A stretch of 64,000 bases of DNA, from the NCBI RefSeq assembly GCF_964213995.1, contig NC_135801.1, positions 73,904,001-73,968,000 of the forward strand, written 5' to 3'. The first letter of the stretch is position 1. Every line of letters starts with the position of its first letter. A model generated the notes under the pieces. That model saw only the letters and a list, made by a program, of their open reading frames with translations. It ran no database searches and was not told the origin of the DNA. A program made the position numbers and the translations under genes. The DNA is from Mustelus asterias. Its lineage: Eukaryota. This document shows positions 1 through 11,981 of this stretch, piece after piece.

Positions 1-409
1 CACCATTCCTTGCTATCCCTTTCTTGCTCATCCTCCACACAACTTGCACTGCTATCGCCCCATCTCAAGCATTGGCTGCCATCTACAGATGCTCCTCATA
101 GCAGACAAGAGACAATATTAATCATGGAAGAAGTCTAACGTACCAGGTACATGCCACTTATATGTTGTTGTAAAAGTGTACATTCTAATCTCTTGCTAGT
201 GGGGAACTTAATTTGGAGCAGGATCTTAACTCCATCAAGATGGCTTTTTAGTGAGCATGCATGACATTGGACTTCCCAACATTATTCGTGAGGAAGCTTG
301 AGCCACCTTTAACCGACCTTAAACCAACCTAAAGTTTATCCCCACCATTGGGAACTAATTTTTGGCCTCACATCAAATTAAGCTCCATCACCCGCCAATC
401 TTTCTGCTG

Positions 410-960
410 TTGGTGAGAGCCATTTCGATACACTGACAGAGGGAAAGCCTGATTAGTGCGATTCAAACATGGAGTTCCAGGAAAGATGGGTGTGGCTTTG
501 AGAGGTGACAACATGTTCAAGGACTTTTGGGAGAAAAAGAATTTGGAGATGGGGCAGTGGGGTTGGCTTTTTGAGGAGGGGGTGATGACAACAGATTTAA
601 AGGAGAGAGGAACAACACTTGAAGGGAGGGAATGAGTAATATAAGGATGAAGAGGGTGAGTTGGGTGGGCAGCGTTGTAGCGGCAATATGGTCAAGGGAG
701 CAGGAGATGGTTCTCATTTACAAGATGAGCTTGGAGAAGCATTAGGGGAGAAAGGAGGGATGCCCAAGATAGGGATAGGGCAGGGGGCAACCTTAGTGGA
801 AGTTTGCTCTTGTGGGCTAGTTGAAGGGAGGGACGTTGCAGGGGCAGCTGATCAGATCTGTTTGTCTTAGTGACAAAGAAGTCCTTATGTTCCTTGCACT
901 TAATCTTCGAAGTGAGGGTGAAAGGGACAGGGAAGAGGGGTTTAAGAAGATTTGTAGCAG
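410..960 (-). mobile_element. Degenerate L2-clade LINE ORF2 fragment
   Basis: With frameshifts, the reverse complement reads SCSLDHI...PISN..F.SKVLEHVV..HLSWNSMFES..SGF, typical of the pre-RT/RT region of L2 LINEs. Confidence 0.7.
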
Positions 961-3900
961 AGATTTAAACTGAAGTGCCTAATGCATGAAGTTGAATGAT
1001 AAGATGGCAAGTCATGTTGCAAACTTATTCTTATTCCAGAATTCAATGCAAGAACATTTAATCCTACGCACTTAATACCACCAGACCATCTCATCCCACT
1101 TAATTACCTGTGTTACTTAATTTTAACTGCCCATTAAGAGTTTGACATTTTTTACATGCAAGATTATATGTACATTATTAGGATAGTTAGTTGAGCCTTT
1201 TTTATATTACTTGCATTAATGTTCACGGTATAATTACGGAATGTGTTTGCGGGCTGTTGCTTCTGTTTGGGGCACCATTTCTCAGAAATAGTTTTTGACA
1301 GATATCCTCTCCTTATTAACTGCAGCAAAGCTCCCATGCTGCTTAACACTGTTCACCATAAACATTTGATTGTGGTCATTTAATGCACCAAAGCATTTGT
1401 TGTGTCAGATTAACTGTATTTATGTGCTCTGTTCTGCAGTGTTCACCTCTAATTAGGTTGTGGTGCATGTAGCCAGAAGGTGTAAATCTTTCTAACTTTA
1501 TTTAAACAAGTTCCATTATTTGTTGGCACTTTTAAAAAATATATAAATTCCTTCTAATTAAAAGTCAGAGTACCTGAAGCCCAAGCAAATTGAAGGGCTA
1601 ACCAAACTGCAGGGAGATTAAGCACTGCCACTCTGTCACTGGAGGGCAATGGGTGCTGCCATTAGCAGTGTCATCCAGAGTCACTTTTCCAACTAACTTT
1701 CTGTCCTGGATGCAGGGAACGCTGATACCTCCACTGGCAGCTGGACTAATTCGACAATAAGTAAGAGCAACATGAAGAAATGTGGCATTTCTCGAGCAGC
1801 ATGAACATCCATAGCCAAGCAAGTAATTAGTCAAGCTCTTGCTCTGATCAATACCTTCACAATCATCGCTACGGGCCTGATTAGTTGTTAGTGGGAGGGA
1901 ATGATTATAGGATGTGTAGGGCAGATGCCAAATTAACGAGGCCAACAAAAACAATCTCATATTTCTTGTCTGTGAGGTGATGCTAATGCAATCAATTCCA
2001 TTGTGCATTACAGCACAGTTGTGGCATAAGGATGCTGCGGGAATGACTTTTAATAGTTTCCATGGCGATGGGTTTAACTGCCAGTTCAGTGCTGCTGCCA
2101 GCATAACATATGGACATTTTACATCCACTGAAAAATGAGATTGGGAACCAGATTCTAGATTTAGTTAATGCAATTATGGTACACACACAATGACGTTTCC
2201 CTAAAAAGAAATAGACACACACTGTGGCCATATCTCACAAGGGTGTTTTTACATTACTACACAAATCATTCAGAATTGATTAAATCAATTTTATTTAACA
2301 TCTACACTGTAGATACTTTACATTCTGTTGCATATATATATTTATTATATATAAATGTATATATACATGACATCACAAATTACCTTTGTCTTTATTCATG
2401 AGGCAAAGTTAACATGAGCAAGTGGAAAATAATGTATAAATAATTAAATTGCAAATGTCATTGCAAAATGACTAATTGCACAATGCAACAAGTAAAATAT
2501 GTTTAAGCAACTTCAGATCAATTCCCAGTGGAGGCTAGTTTGCAGCGTAAACCTATCCTGAATTAAATGTGGCACTTGATTTGGCCACTTTACTCTGGAA
2601 AACACTACAGTACTATGAAGAATGTAAATGCTACTTGGTGCAGTAATTGGTGCTCTATTATAGTTGGGCCAGCAAGAGATTGTCAAGCCAATGCAAATAA
2701 AAACAAGCACAGTAAAGCACGATGTATCTTATCCGGAGATGTAATTTGGCGCACTGTGGAAAAATTTTTTTTTTTCCTCAGCATGCCCCACCAATGACCA
2801 GAACAGAACAAAAGAAAGTAGATTGTGGTATGGGATACATGGTGGGGGTGAAGTGTCTGCAGCATTATTAATGTCAGTGCATGAATGCCACTGCTGACAA
2901 CGTGCACTCTGTTTGATTCCATGCTATATTTTGTAGAAGCATGCTGGCAAAACCAATCCAGTCATAAGTCGCCTCAGTATTTTCTTCCATCCCACCATCT
3001 CCAGTGAGCTGGTATGTATTTTTCTGTTTTCTTTATCTCAAATCTGTTGGGTGAAATTTAATCAAATTCAAATATTAGAGCTGCAATTTAAGTGAAAGAC
3101 AGTGATCAAGGCATTTGCTATTAATTGTAGAACAAGTTTATTTTTCATAAAGGGGGAAGATTTAGAGTAAGACACTCACTAAGTATGTGTTAATGTCGAT
3201 AACTTAATATTTTCACATGAACACAATTGTGTTCCTGAAATTAATCCTGGGACAGGACTAATCACGCAGATTTACATTTTTCCAACTCGAGGACTTGTTA
3301 AGAATCAAGTGTATGACAAGTGTATAAGTTTGCTCATGATTAATCTTCAATACTATTACACCCACTGTAAAGATGCTATTAGGTTAGTGGAGATAACTGG
3401 CATGAGACCAAAGTGCAGCTGACCAAGAAATACTATAGAAAGAAACTCAGCTCTTTCAGCCCACCCAACAGTATCAGCAATTTTTACTTTGTTAGACATA
3501 TTTCAAGAGTTGGAAGACATGTGGTAGTGAAGGCCTAATGCTCTTAAAGCCTAAGGGGGAAGGACCACTACTAGTGTCAGAGCTGCCTCAACCTTATTCA
3601 GTCAGATAGCCATTTGAAGAATTTGCCACAGATGTCAGTGCATAAATCGACCTTTGAAGCCTCGAAAATCCCTCCAAAAATAGAGAAGGTGAATATAAAA
3701 ATGAACCAGCTTTGGTCAGCACCTTTGTCGTTCACCATGTGGGGTCTTCTCTGTGTTGATGTGTCTTAAACTCTCACGCATCTTCGCAACACAACCCATA
3801 TCACCTACTTGATTGCTTGCACCCAGTGATAAGGCACCGGTAATTAAAAGATTCATTTGTAGGGGAAAAAATTGAGCTGACTACTAAAGCGAGTATAACG

Positions 3901-4169
3901 TGTCTTGGCTGCAAAGGGAGAAGCTCAACATATGTACCAAATATATGCAAAAGCATGAATTTTGGGGCTAAACAAAGAGTTGTCTTATACACTAGGTCAA
4001 GTTAAATGTTGTACTCTAATAGCAAGGATTCTGTGTCATTGATGTGGGCGTAAGACACCTCACAGTAAGAACTCTCCTCAAACGTTTAAACCTTACATGG
4101 GAGAGGGTAGGACTTGCTTGTCATTTCTCAACCTTTGGGCATGGAGAGATCATTTCGAAAGGTAGGATC

Positions 4170-4272
4170 TAACAGTATAGAAGGAGGCCATTTGGCCCAT
4201 CATACCTGTACCAGCTTTTTGAAAGAGCTATCCATTTAATGCCATTTTCCAATATCTCTGCAAATTCCTTCA
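4170..4272 (-). mobile_element. CR1 LINE 3' UTR fragment
   Basis: agaaggaggccatttggcccatc is the reverse complement of the CR1 3' terminal motif seen in other CR1 copies in this window. Confidence 0.55.
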
Positions 4273-4520
4273 AATTAGTTTCACTGGAAATGAGAATCAG
4301 GAGTGATATATAGTGTCTAATTTTCACTTCCATTTCTGCTTATCTTTTCCTCTAGATTGTTCTGTTAACAAATAGCTATCTCAAGTCAATCTCAAGTCCT
4401 TAAAGACAATGTTTGTTACTCAAATGTTGCACATTATATCTTAACATTGTGGCGCTGCAAGAAAGAAATCAAGTGTCATCAAGAGATGCAGACACTGACT
4501 GGCTATGACTGTCCCTGGCC

Positions 4521-4726
4521 ATGTGTGGAAATGCCGGCGTTGGACTGGGGTAAACACAGTAAGGAGTCTAACAGCACCAGGTTAAAGTCCAACAGGTTTA
4601 TTTGGTAGCAATCGCCACAAGCTTTCGGAGCCTTAAGCCCCTTCTTCAGGTGAGTGGGAATTCTGTTCACAAACAGGGCATGTAAAGACACAAACTCAAT
4701 TTACAGAATAATGGTTGGAATGCGAA
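4521..4726 (-). mobile_element. Penelope-like element terminal repeat (pLTR) fragment with hammerhead motif
   Basis: Inverted homolog of the 3' end of the GIY-YIG-bearing copy at 5323-6100, and near-identical to 58821-59000. Confidence 0.85.
4615..4653 (-). ncRNA. Minimal type I hammerhead ribozyme motif
   Basis: Minus strand reads cac CUGAAGA A GGGGC uuaag GCUCC GAAA GCUU gug: core boxes, stem II, stem I CAC/GUG and palindromic AGCU stem III. Confidence 0.75.
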
Positions 4727-4729
4727 TTC

Positions 4730-5161
4730 GAATTTGGATAGGCTCAGTTTGTTTTCATTAGAGCAGAGAAGAAGGCGACCTGATTGAGGTGTTAAAGATG
4801 ATGAGGTGCATTGACAGAGTGTATAAGGAACAGCTGTTCCCATTAGTTGAAAGGTCAGTCACGAGTGTGCATAGGTTCAAGGTGAGGTTCAGGGGAAATG
4901 TGAGGAAAGCCTTTTATCAAGAGGGTGGTAATGGTTTGGAATGCACTGCCTGGGAGGGTGGTGGAGGTGGGTTGCCTCACATCTTTTAAAAAGTATCTGG
5001 ATGAGCACTTGGCACATCATAATATTCAGGGCTATGGGCCAAGTGCTGGCAGATGGGATTAGGTGGGAGTTCAGATGTTTCTAATATGTCAGTGCAGAGT
5101 CGATGGGCCAAAGGACCTCTTCTGCGCTGTATGATTCTATCATTCTATCATTCTATGATTC
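4730..5161 (+). mobile_element. 5'-truncated CR1 LINE 3' end (HER1-like)
   Basis: Encodes RLSLFSLEQRR..DLIEVLKMMRCIDRV..EQLFPL, followed by a 3' UTR and an ATGATTCT-type tail shared with the HE1-like SINEs. Confidence 0.85.
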
Positions 5162-5204
5162 AATCTGCTAAATATTTTATTCTAAGACAGGCCCTTCAGG
5201 GCAT

Positions 5205-5287
5205 CAGGCAATTAAATTTCTCTGAACTGCTTCCAATGCAAGTATATGCCTCCTTAAGTAAGGAGACCAAAACTGTACACCATATTT
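5205..5287 (-). mobile_element. CR1 ORF2 fragment
   Basis: ORF track translation YGVQFWSPYLRRHILALEAVQR matches the CR1 C-terminal motif. Confidence 0.75.
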
Positions 5288-5322
5288 ATCGTGGGGGATG
5301 CTGGTGTAGAGTGCTGGCAGAG

Positions 5323-6100
5323 TCCACGACACCACACAACCCTGCCACAGCAACCTCTGCAAGACGTGCTGGATCATCGACACGGATGCCATCATCTAAC
5401 GTGAGAACACCATCTACCAAGTACACGGTACCTACTCTTGCAACTCGGCCAACGTTGTTTACCTGATATGCTGCAGGAAAGGATGTCCCGAGGCATGGTA
5501 CATTGGGGAAACCATGCACACGCTGCAACAATGGATGAATGAACATCACTCAACATTCACCAGGCAAGACTGTTCTCTTCCTGTGGGGGAGCACTTCAGC
5601 GGTCACGGGCATTCAGCCTCTGATCTTCGGGTAAGCGTTCTCCAAGGCAGCCTTCACGACACACGACAGCGCAGTCGCTGAGCAGAAACTGATAGCCAAG
5701 TTCCGCACACATGAGGACGGCCTAAACCGGGATCTTGGGTTCATGTCACACTATCGGTAGCCCCTACAGCTTGCCTCCTGGTTTTGCAGAATCTCACTGG
5801 CTGTCCTGTCTAGAGACAATACACATTTCTTTAACCTGTGCCTAATGCTCCCTCCACTCACATTGTCTGTATCTTTAAGACCTGATTAGCTGTAAAGATT
5901 CGCATTCTAATCAGTATTCTGTAACTTGATTTTTTGTCTCTGTATGCCCTGTTTGAGAGCAGATATCCACTCCATCTGATGAAGGAGCAGCGCTCCGAAA
6001 GCTAATGGCATTTGCTACCAAATAAACCTGTTGGACTTTAACCTGGTATTGTGAAAACTCTTACTGTGTTTACCCCAGTCCAACGCCGGCATCTCCACAT
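5323..6100 (+). mobile_element. Penelope-like retroelement 3' part: GIY-YIG endonuclease pseudo-ORF plus pLTR
   Basis: Translates as PCHSNLCKTC...NSANVVYLICCRKGCPEAWYIGET...EHFSGHGHS...AEQKLIAKFRTHEDGLNRD: a Cys-rich linker and VVY-YIG motif, with one stop and one frameshift. Confidence 0.9.
5972..6008 (+). ncRNA. Minimal type I hammerhead ribozyme motif
   Basis: CCAU CUGAUGA A GGAGC agc GCUCC GAAA GCUA AUGG; predicted cleavage after CUA at 6004. Confidence 0.8.
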
Positions 6101-6802
6101 AATGGGGAGAAGGCAGGAAAGTAGAGTCAATGATTAATGGTAACCCTCAGGATGTTAACAGTGGGGGATTTAGCGATGGTGACGCCCTTGAATGTCAAAG
6201 GTAGATCAGCCATGATCCTACTGAATGACAAGCGTATGCCATACTCCTGCTCCTTTTCATATGATCTTTGAAGAATTATTATGCAAACCTATTCTTTCAA
6301 TTTATTATATACATACAACTTGATTATATAAATGACATCTGACCATACACGAATGATCCTTCAGTCTTCTCTGCACCCCCACCAAACAAAGTAAGGCTCA
6401 TTAAACGCAGGGGAAGAGTTTCTTCACGTGTATGCTAGTTGTTTTGTAAAAATAATGAGAACATTTCCTCTATTCAGGAAAATCTAAAATGTGTCGTTTG
6501 GAAATTCTTTTGCAATTCCACTGAAGGAAATCTTCCCAGTGTGTTTGCCATTTGGCCAACAAATGTTACTGAGAAGAAATCTTTCCCTATCAGTTTAAGA
6601 ACCTGTCTGTAATGGATCTGTCTATAAACATAATTAACTGTTAACTGTTAAGCTGTGACATGTCTATCAGCTTGATCGATTGTTCTATAATGTGGTTCTT
6701 TCATTACATGTTGGTGTGGTATTAGTTTTCCCTATGTTCTATAAGCTAAGAGAAGCCGACAGTTGATTATCTGCAGTTAGTGCCAACATGCACTATGACA
6801 CT

Positions 6803-6964
6803 ATTAAAAAGCATTTAGACATTTACATGGATAAGATGGGTATAGAGGGATATGGGCCAAATGCAGGCAATTGGGACTAGCTCAGTGTCTTGGAAAAAAA
6901 AGGGCGGCTTGGACAAGTTGGGCCGAAGGGCCTGTTTTTATGCTGTAAACCTCAATGACTCTAG
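6803..6964 (+). mobile_element. CR1 3' UTR fragment
   Basis: Highly similar to the 3' UTR of the CR1 at 14660-14822. Confidence 0.8.
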
Positions 6965-7721
6965 AGTCACTGAGATTTACAGCATAGTTTATACTATGGT
7001 TTTTTCATCACTGCCACAATGCTGCTGATTAAAAATGAAACCGGAAGGTAACAATTTTTAGTTTGTCACATATAACCTAAAAATATGATGTGCTGTATTA
7101 ATTTATGAACACACAGCACATTTGTATGATGTTATTATATCCATTATTTTAATGGGTTAAAATCTCTGTTAATCAAGAAATGCCAATTCATCTGACATAA
7201 AATAACTTGATTTTTTGACTTTAGGATCTGGAACCTTACATTGTAAGGTCAGCACAAGGGTGTGAGACAAAACATGACTCTCATAACTATGTCCCTCCAA
7301 CAGGGTTATGTGCAACCTCTTGGTACCCTTCCACACTCACTCCAAATAGGATAGAGGCTGCTTGAAAAGTTGAATGGCCTTTTCTCATTAGGATTTTCTT
7401 TTGTACCTAAATTCAGCAATGCCCAGGGTGACCCTTCGAATGGCATCAAAGGCTTTTAATGTCTGTATTTTACTTCCAGTTTTGCTCTCCTACCTTTCAT
7501 TATAGGTGTAGTGATTGTCCCTTTGAGGGCAACACAGCAGAGTAAGGGTCACCTGGTTTGGGGGACCAATTGGCACTTAGAGTGGATAGTCACCCAAGGG
7601 GTAGAGTCCTGTTGAGCAGGAGACATGTAGGGAGCTAAATGCAGCCATGAGACTGCTGTTTTCTTCTTCTCATTATTATTATTATTATTCCTTTGTATTC
7701 GCAAATGAAATCCATCAAGGT

Positions 7722-8075
7722 GGGCGGCACGGTAGCACAGTGGTTAGCACTGCTGCTTCACAGCTCCAGGGACCTGGGTTCGATTCCCGGCTTGGGTCAC
7801 TGTCTGTGTGGAGTTTGCACATTCTCCTCGTGTCTGCATGGGTTTCCTCCGGGTGTTCCGGTTTCCTCCCACAGTCCAAAGATGTGCGGGTTAGGTTGAT
7901 TGGCCATGCTAAAAATTGCCCTTAATGTCCTGAGATGCATAGGTTAGAGGGATTAGTAGGTAAATATGTAGGGATATAGGAGTAGGGCCTGGGTGGGATT
8001 GTGGTCGGTGCAGACTCAATGGGCAGAATGGCCTCTTTCTGTACTGTAGGGTTTCTATGATTTCTATGATTCTAT
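7722..8075 (+). mobile_element. HE1-like V-SINE, full length, CR1-type tail
   Basis: tRNA-like head with A box (tagcacagtgg) and B box (ggttcgattcc), V-domain (gggtttcctccgggtg.tccggtttcctcccacagtccaaaga) and CTATGATTT-type tail. Confidence 0.9.
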
Positions 8076-8139
8076 TATGATAGGGTATTATTTTGACATT
8101 GACATGTCGAGTAGCTGGAAGAGAAATGCTGCCTTCATC

Positions 8140-8567
8140 AAGATATTCAGCCATGTGAGCAGAGGCAGTCTATTTAAGTTGCTGGAGAAAATTGGCTGGC
8201 TGCTGGAACTGTTCAATGTGATCTCCTCTTTCCATGACAACATGATGGTTAAGGTCAGTTATGACGGAGGAACATTGGAAACTCTTGAGATTCGCAGTGG
8301 AGTCAGATGAGTTTGTGTTCTGGTACTGACATTCTTTGGAACATTCTTCTCATTGCTGCTGTCAAATGTCATCTACAGAGAGTGTCTCCTTACACAGAAC
8401 AGACAGAAAGCTGTTTGCTTGTGTTTACCTGAGATCCAAGGCAAAGGTGTGCTGAGTCCTCATCAAAGATTTGCTCTAAGTTAGCAATGCTGCAATTGGT
8501 TCTATAACAAGGGACACCTTCAAAGTCAAAGGGGAAACCTCTCTCACACCTCCAAAGAGTTTAGTTT
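8140..8567 (+). mobile_element. RTE-clade LINE RT fragment, 5' part
   Basis: LFKLLEKIG...ISSFHDNM..KVSYDG....EIRSGVR..CVL..TFFGTFFSLLL resembles RTE/BovB-type RT; continues at 10626. Confidence 0.75.
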
Positions 8568-10625
8568 TGTTGTAAAGTGAAAGGTGGGTAAAGGTGCCTT
8601 GACTAATCTTTACCAGTTTGCAGTAAGCCTTTTTAACTCAGGGGCATTACACGGTGAGATAGACAAGAATCAGGTGAAAGCCCAACACAACTTTATTGAA
8701 CACTTTATCAAGGAAAAACAATGTTTATCAGACTCTACTATTGTACTTTAATTAAACTCTATCAATCTCATCACAGGATTCTTCAGTAAGCAGTCTTAGA
8801 TGTATAAATAAATAGTCTCAAATCAACACTGGCTATCTACTTCTGTAACGTGCTTCCCAGGATTCGCTACACCCTATCCACAGGCCCCTATCACTGTTTG
8901 TCTGAAAAAGTTGGTAATACCCATTCAACAAGGCTGAGACAGGCTGATCCTTGGTCTTTGAGTGTTGGCTGATATTTCAGGATCTGCACTCATCAATTTG
9001 GGCTTCCTCTCTCATCTAGGATTGGTTCTGGTCTTCAGGTTGTCTCACCGGATGGCTTTCTGGATCTGGTCAGTCTGATGATGCTCGCCACAAGGTACAA
9101 GGAGCTGGAGATAGTGTGCTGCTCGGCTGCCAGTCAAAGGTGCACTGTGGAGTTGCCCTTGAAGAAGGTGCAAAAGCAAAGAGGGCTGGAACTCCAGGTT
9201 ACCCCTTTTATTCCCCTCTTTGTGCCCTCCACAAAGATTCTGTGATCCATGTCTAATGCTAGCGTTGGGTGGGACAGGAAGATCCAATGAGTTGACTACT
9301 TTCCATATTTGGAGGTCGCAGAACATGGTATTGAAACTTCAATTTTCAGTGTTAACCTTGTCAGACTATGTCCCTGGCCTCCTACTGAGTTGGGTGCCAC
9401 CAGGTCTGAGTAGCATTCTTCGAACAAAGCAGGTTCACTGGTGATACAAACAACAGTTCGTTCTGAAACAATTTGGCCATTATTAGCACCTGGCCAGGCA
9501 GTTCCAGGTCTGTCCTGTTTCGATGGGAAGTTGATTGTCCAAGGCCTGGCTGCATGAAACAAAAATAGGCGGGTCAGTAAGTTGCAATGAGGAAATAAGA
9601 ACCTTACAAATGAATATAGCTAGGTTAGGAGAATGGGCCAAAATGTGGCAGATGGAGTTTAACGTGGTTAAGTGTGAGGTCATGCATTTTGGTGGCAAAA
9701 ATGGGAAGGTGACTTATTATCTAAATGGGGACAGACTTTGGGGTGCTCCGGTGCAGAGGGATCTGGGTGTCCTCATTCATGAGTCACAGTAAACGAGCAT
9801 GCAGTTTCAGCAGATAATAAAGAAAGTGAATGGAATGTTGGCATTTATAGCTAAAGGAATAGAATGTAAAAGCAAGGGAGTATTATTGCAACTATACAAG
9901 GCATTGGTGAAGCTGCACCTGGGGTATTGTGCACAGTTTTGGTCCCCGTATTTGAGGAAAGATGTAGTGGCATTGGAGGCAATTCAGAGCAGGTTCACTA
10001 GATTGATTCCAGAGATGAGGGGTTTGTTGTATGAAGAGAGATTGAACAGTTTAGGCCTATACTCTCTGGAATTTAGAAGAATAAAGGGAGATCAAATAGA
10101 GGTATTCAAGATGATAAAAGGTAGGGATAAAGTAGACATAAAATGGATGCTTCCACTGGTGGGGCATTCTAGGACGAGAGGTCATAGTCTTAGGATAAGG
10201 GGTAGCAAATTTAAAACAGAGTTGAGGAGAAACTATTTCTCCCAAAGGGTTGTGAATCTGTGGAATTCGCTACTCCAAAGTGCGATGGATGCTGGGACAG
10301 TGAGTGAGTAAGTTTAAGGAGGAGTTAGACAGATTTTTAATTGTAATGGGTGGAAAGGTTATGGGGAGAAGGCAGGAAAATGGGGATGAGGAGCATATCA
10401 GCCATGATCGAATAGTGGAGTGGACTCGATGGGCCAAATGGGCCTAATTCTGCTCCTAATTCTTATGAACTTATGAACACCGTCTGTTACAGCTCTGCAG
10501 TTTGCAAATTGCAGAGTCTGGTTAGATTTAAACTTGGCTTCCACATTTCGAGTTTTTAGTCATGCTCATGGAAAAATATCAATATTTCTGTAACAATCCT
10601 GGAGGTCATGGGTCACCTGACCACA
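8568..10625 (-). mobile_element. Solo LTR (about 1.1 kb net) inserted in the RTE and itself interrupted by a CR1
   Basis: TGT...ACA termini with 4-bp TSD GTTT (8564-8567 and 10626-10629). Removing it restores the RTE frame EFSLTIS. AATAAA on the minus strand near 8693. Confidence 0.75.
9553..10477 (+). mobile_element. 5'-truncated CR1 LINE
   Basis: ORFs 9535-9792 and 9799-10311 give WQMEFNVVKCEVMHFG...YCAQFWSPYLRKD, followed by a 3' UTR and TTATGAAC-type tail. Confidence 0.92.
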
Positions 10626-11470
10626 GTTTGACCATCAGCATTAGGAAGACAAATGTCATGGCCCAGGATGTTGCCACACTGCCATCTATCAGCATTGACA
10701 ATGTGATGCTGGAAGTTGTTGACTGCTCCACATATCTAGATTTCACAATCAACAGCAATCTGTCACTTGATGATGAAATCAGCACTGAATATGGATGTAT
10801 AGAACAGCAACCTAACTGAGAACTAAAGGTTGTGAATCAACGAAACCTACGCCCTCAGTGCAGTCCTCTACAGTGGTAAGACCTGGACAACATATGCTAG
10901 GCAAGAGAAAAGCTGAACAGTTTGCACCTTTACTGTCTCACACATATCCTCAGCATTTCTTAGCATGTGAAGTTCACCAACTCAGAGGAAATTGAGCTTG
11001 CTAATTCCATCAGAATATACTCATTGCCAAACCAATGAGGTCCGTGCTGGCTCAGCGACATTCATCAGATCGATGATGGCTGTAAACGCAAAGTTCTTCT
11101 CTATGGTGAACTGGCCACTGGCTCACAGTCTCTTGTTGCCCACACCACCACTATGAGAACATTTGTAAATGAGATATTAAGGTGATGAACAATGAATGCT
11201 GCTAACTGGGAGACAGTTGCTGATGGCCTTGACCACTGGAGGCTGACCGTTTGGAAGGGTTTTGAAAGATGTGAGCAGAATTAAAAAGCTCAGCTGGCTG
11301 AGCAAAGAGCCCAGTGAAAACAAATCAATGAATTGTGCACCTTCTCATCCCACTGTCTTCCTCTGCAGCCAGTGCCAGACCAGAGTGAGGCTCCGGCGTC
11401 ACACCAGGTGATGCTTAACAGAGAGTTGACCACACAGCACGAACCATCATCATATTGCCACTGAGTAATT
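10626..11470 (+). mobile_element. RTE-clade LINE, 3' part
   Basis: LTISIRKTNVMAQDV..LPSISIDNVMLEVVD..TYL..TINSNLSLDDEI, and later LLYGELATG. Confidence 0.75.
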
Positions 11471-11981
11471 TGCCTTTGCACCAAAACTGAGGCGTTAACT
11501 TCTGGGCATCTATACTGGAAATTAGACGTGTTCACGCATCACCTTCCAATTTTGAATTAATTTCTATGTGTAACCAGTGAGTAAGCTTCACCAATGGTGG
11601 GAGGTTTGGAAAATTATGCCCTGTGTGCCATCCTGTTGCCCAAGCACACAAATAGAAGTTTGCTATTTTGGGTGTTGAAGGTGATAAGGGGATAGAAAGT
11701 TGTCAGTATCTGATTTCTACGTTAATAAACTTGGGGCTGCCTACTTCACCTGGTAGTGGAGGAGGGAACTGATTGTAACTGGCAGCAGCCATAGGGAGTA
11801 CTCCTAAATCTGCTGGCTCCACACAGTTGTTTTTTAAGCCCTAAAGCTCACCAGTTTAGTGGTGAACAGTTCTCCGACAACAGCAACAACAACACATGAC
11901 AATAATCAGAGCCCAATGCATGTCAGGCAATTCCAGATAAGTCCTAAGTGAGGTGTTAGGCCACTGGTGTTAAGTATTAAT

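Noticed and set aside
1598-2128. 176-aa minus-strand ORF
   Set aside because: No recognisable domain or splice context, antisense within an intron; most likely a chance ORF.
7507-7720. Possible LTR beginning TGTAGTG
   Set aside because: No matching CA end or TSD could be found.
7647-7925. Recurrent short ORFs (VSTAASQ.QGPGFDS / WLALLPHSARDPGSIP) suggesting a multigene family
   Set aside because: These are translations of SINE sequence, not protein genes.
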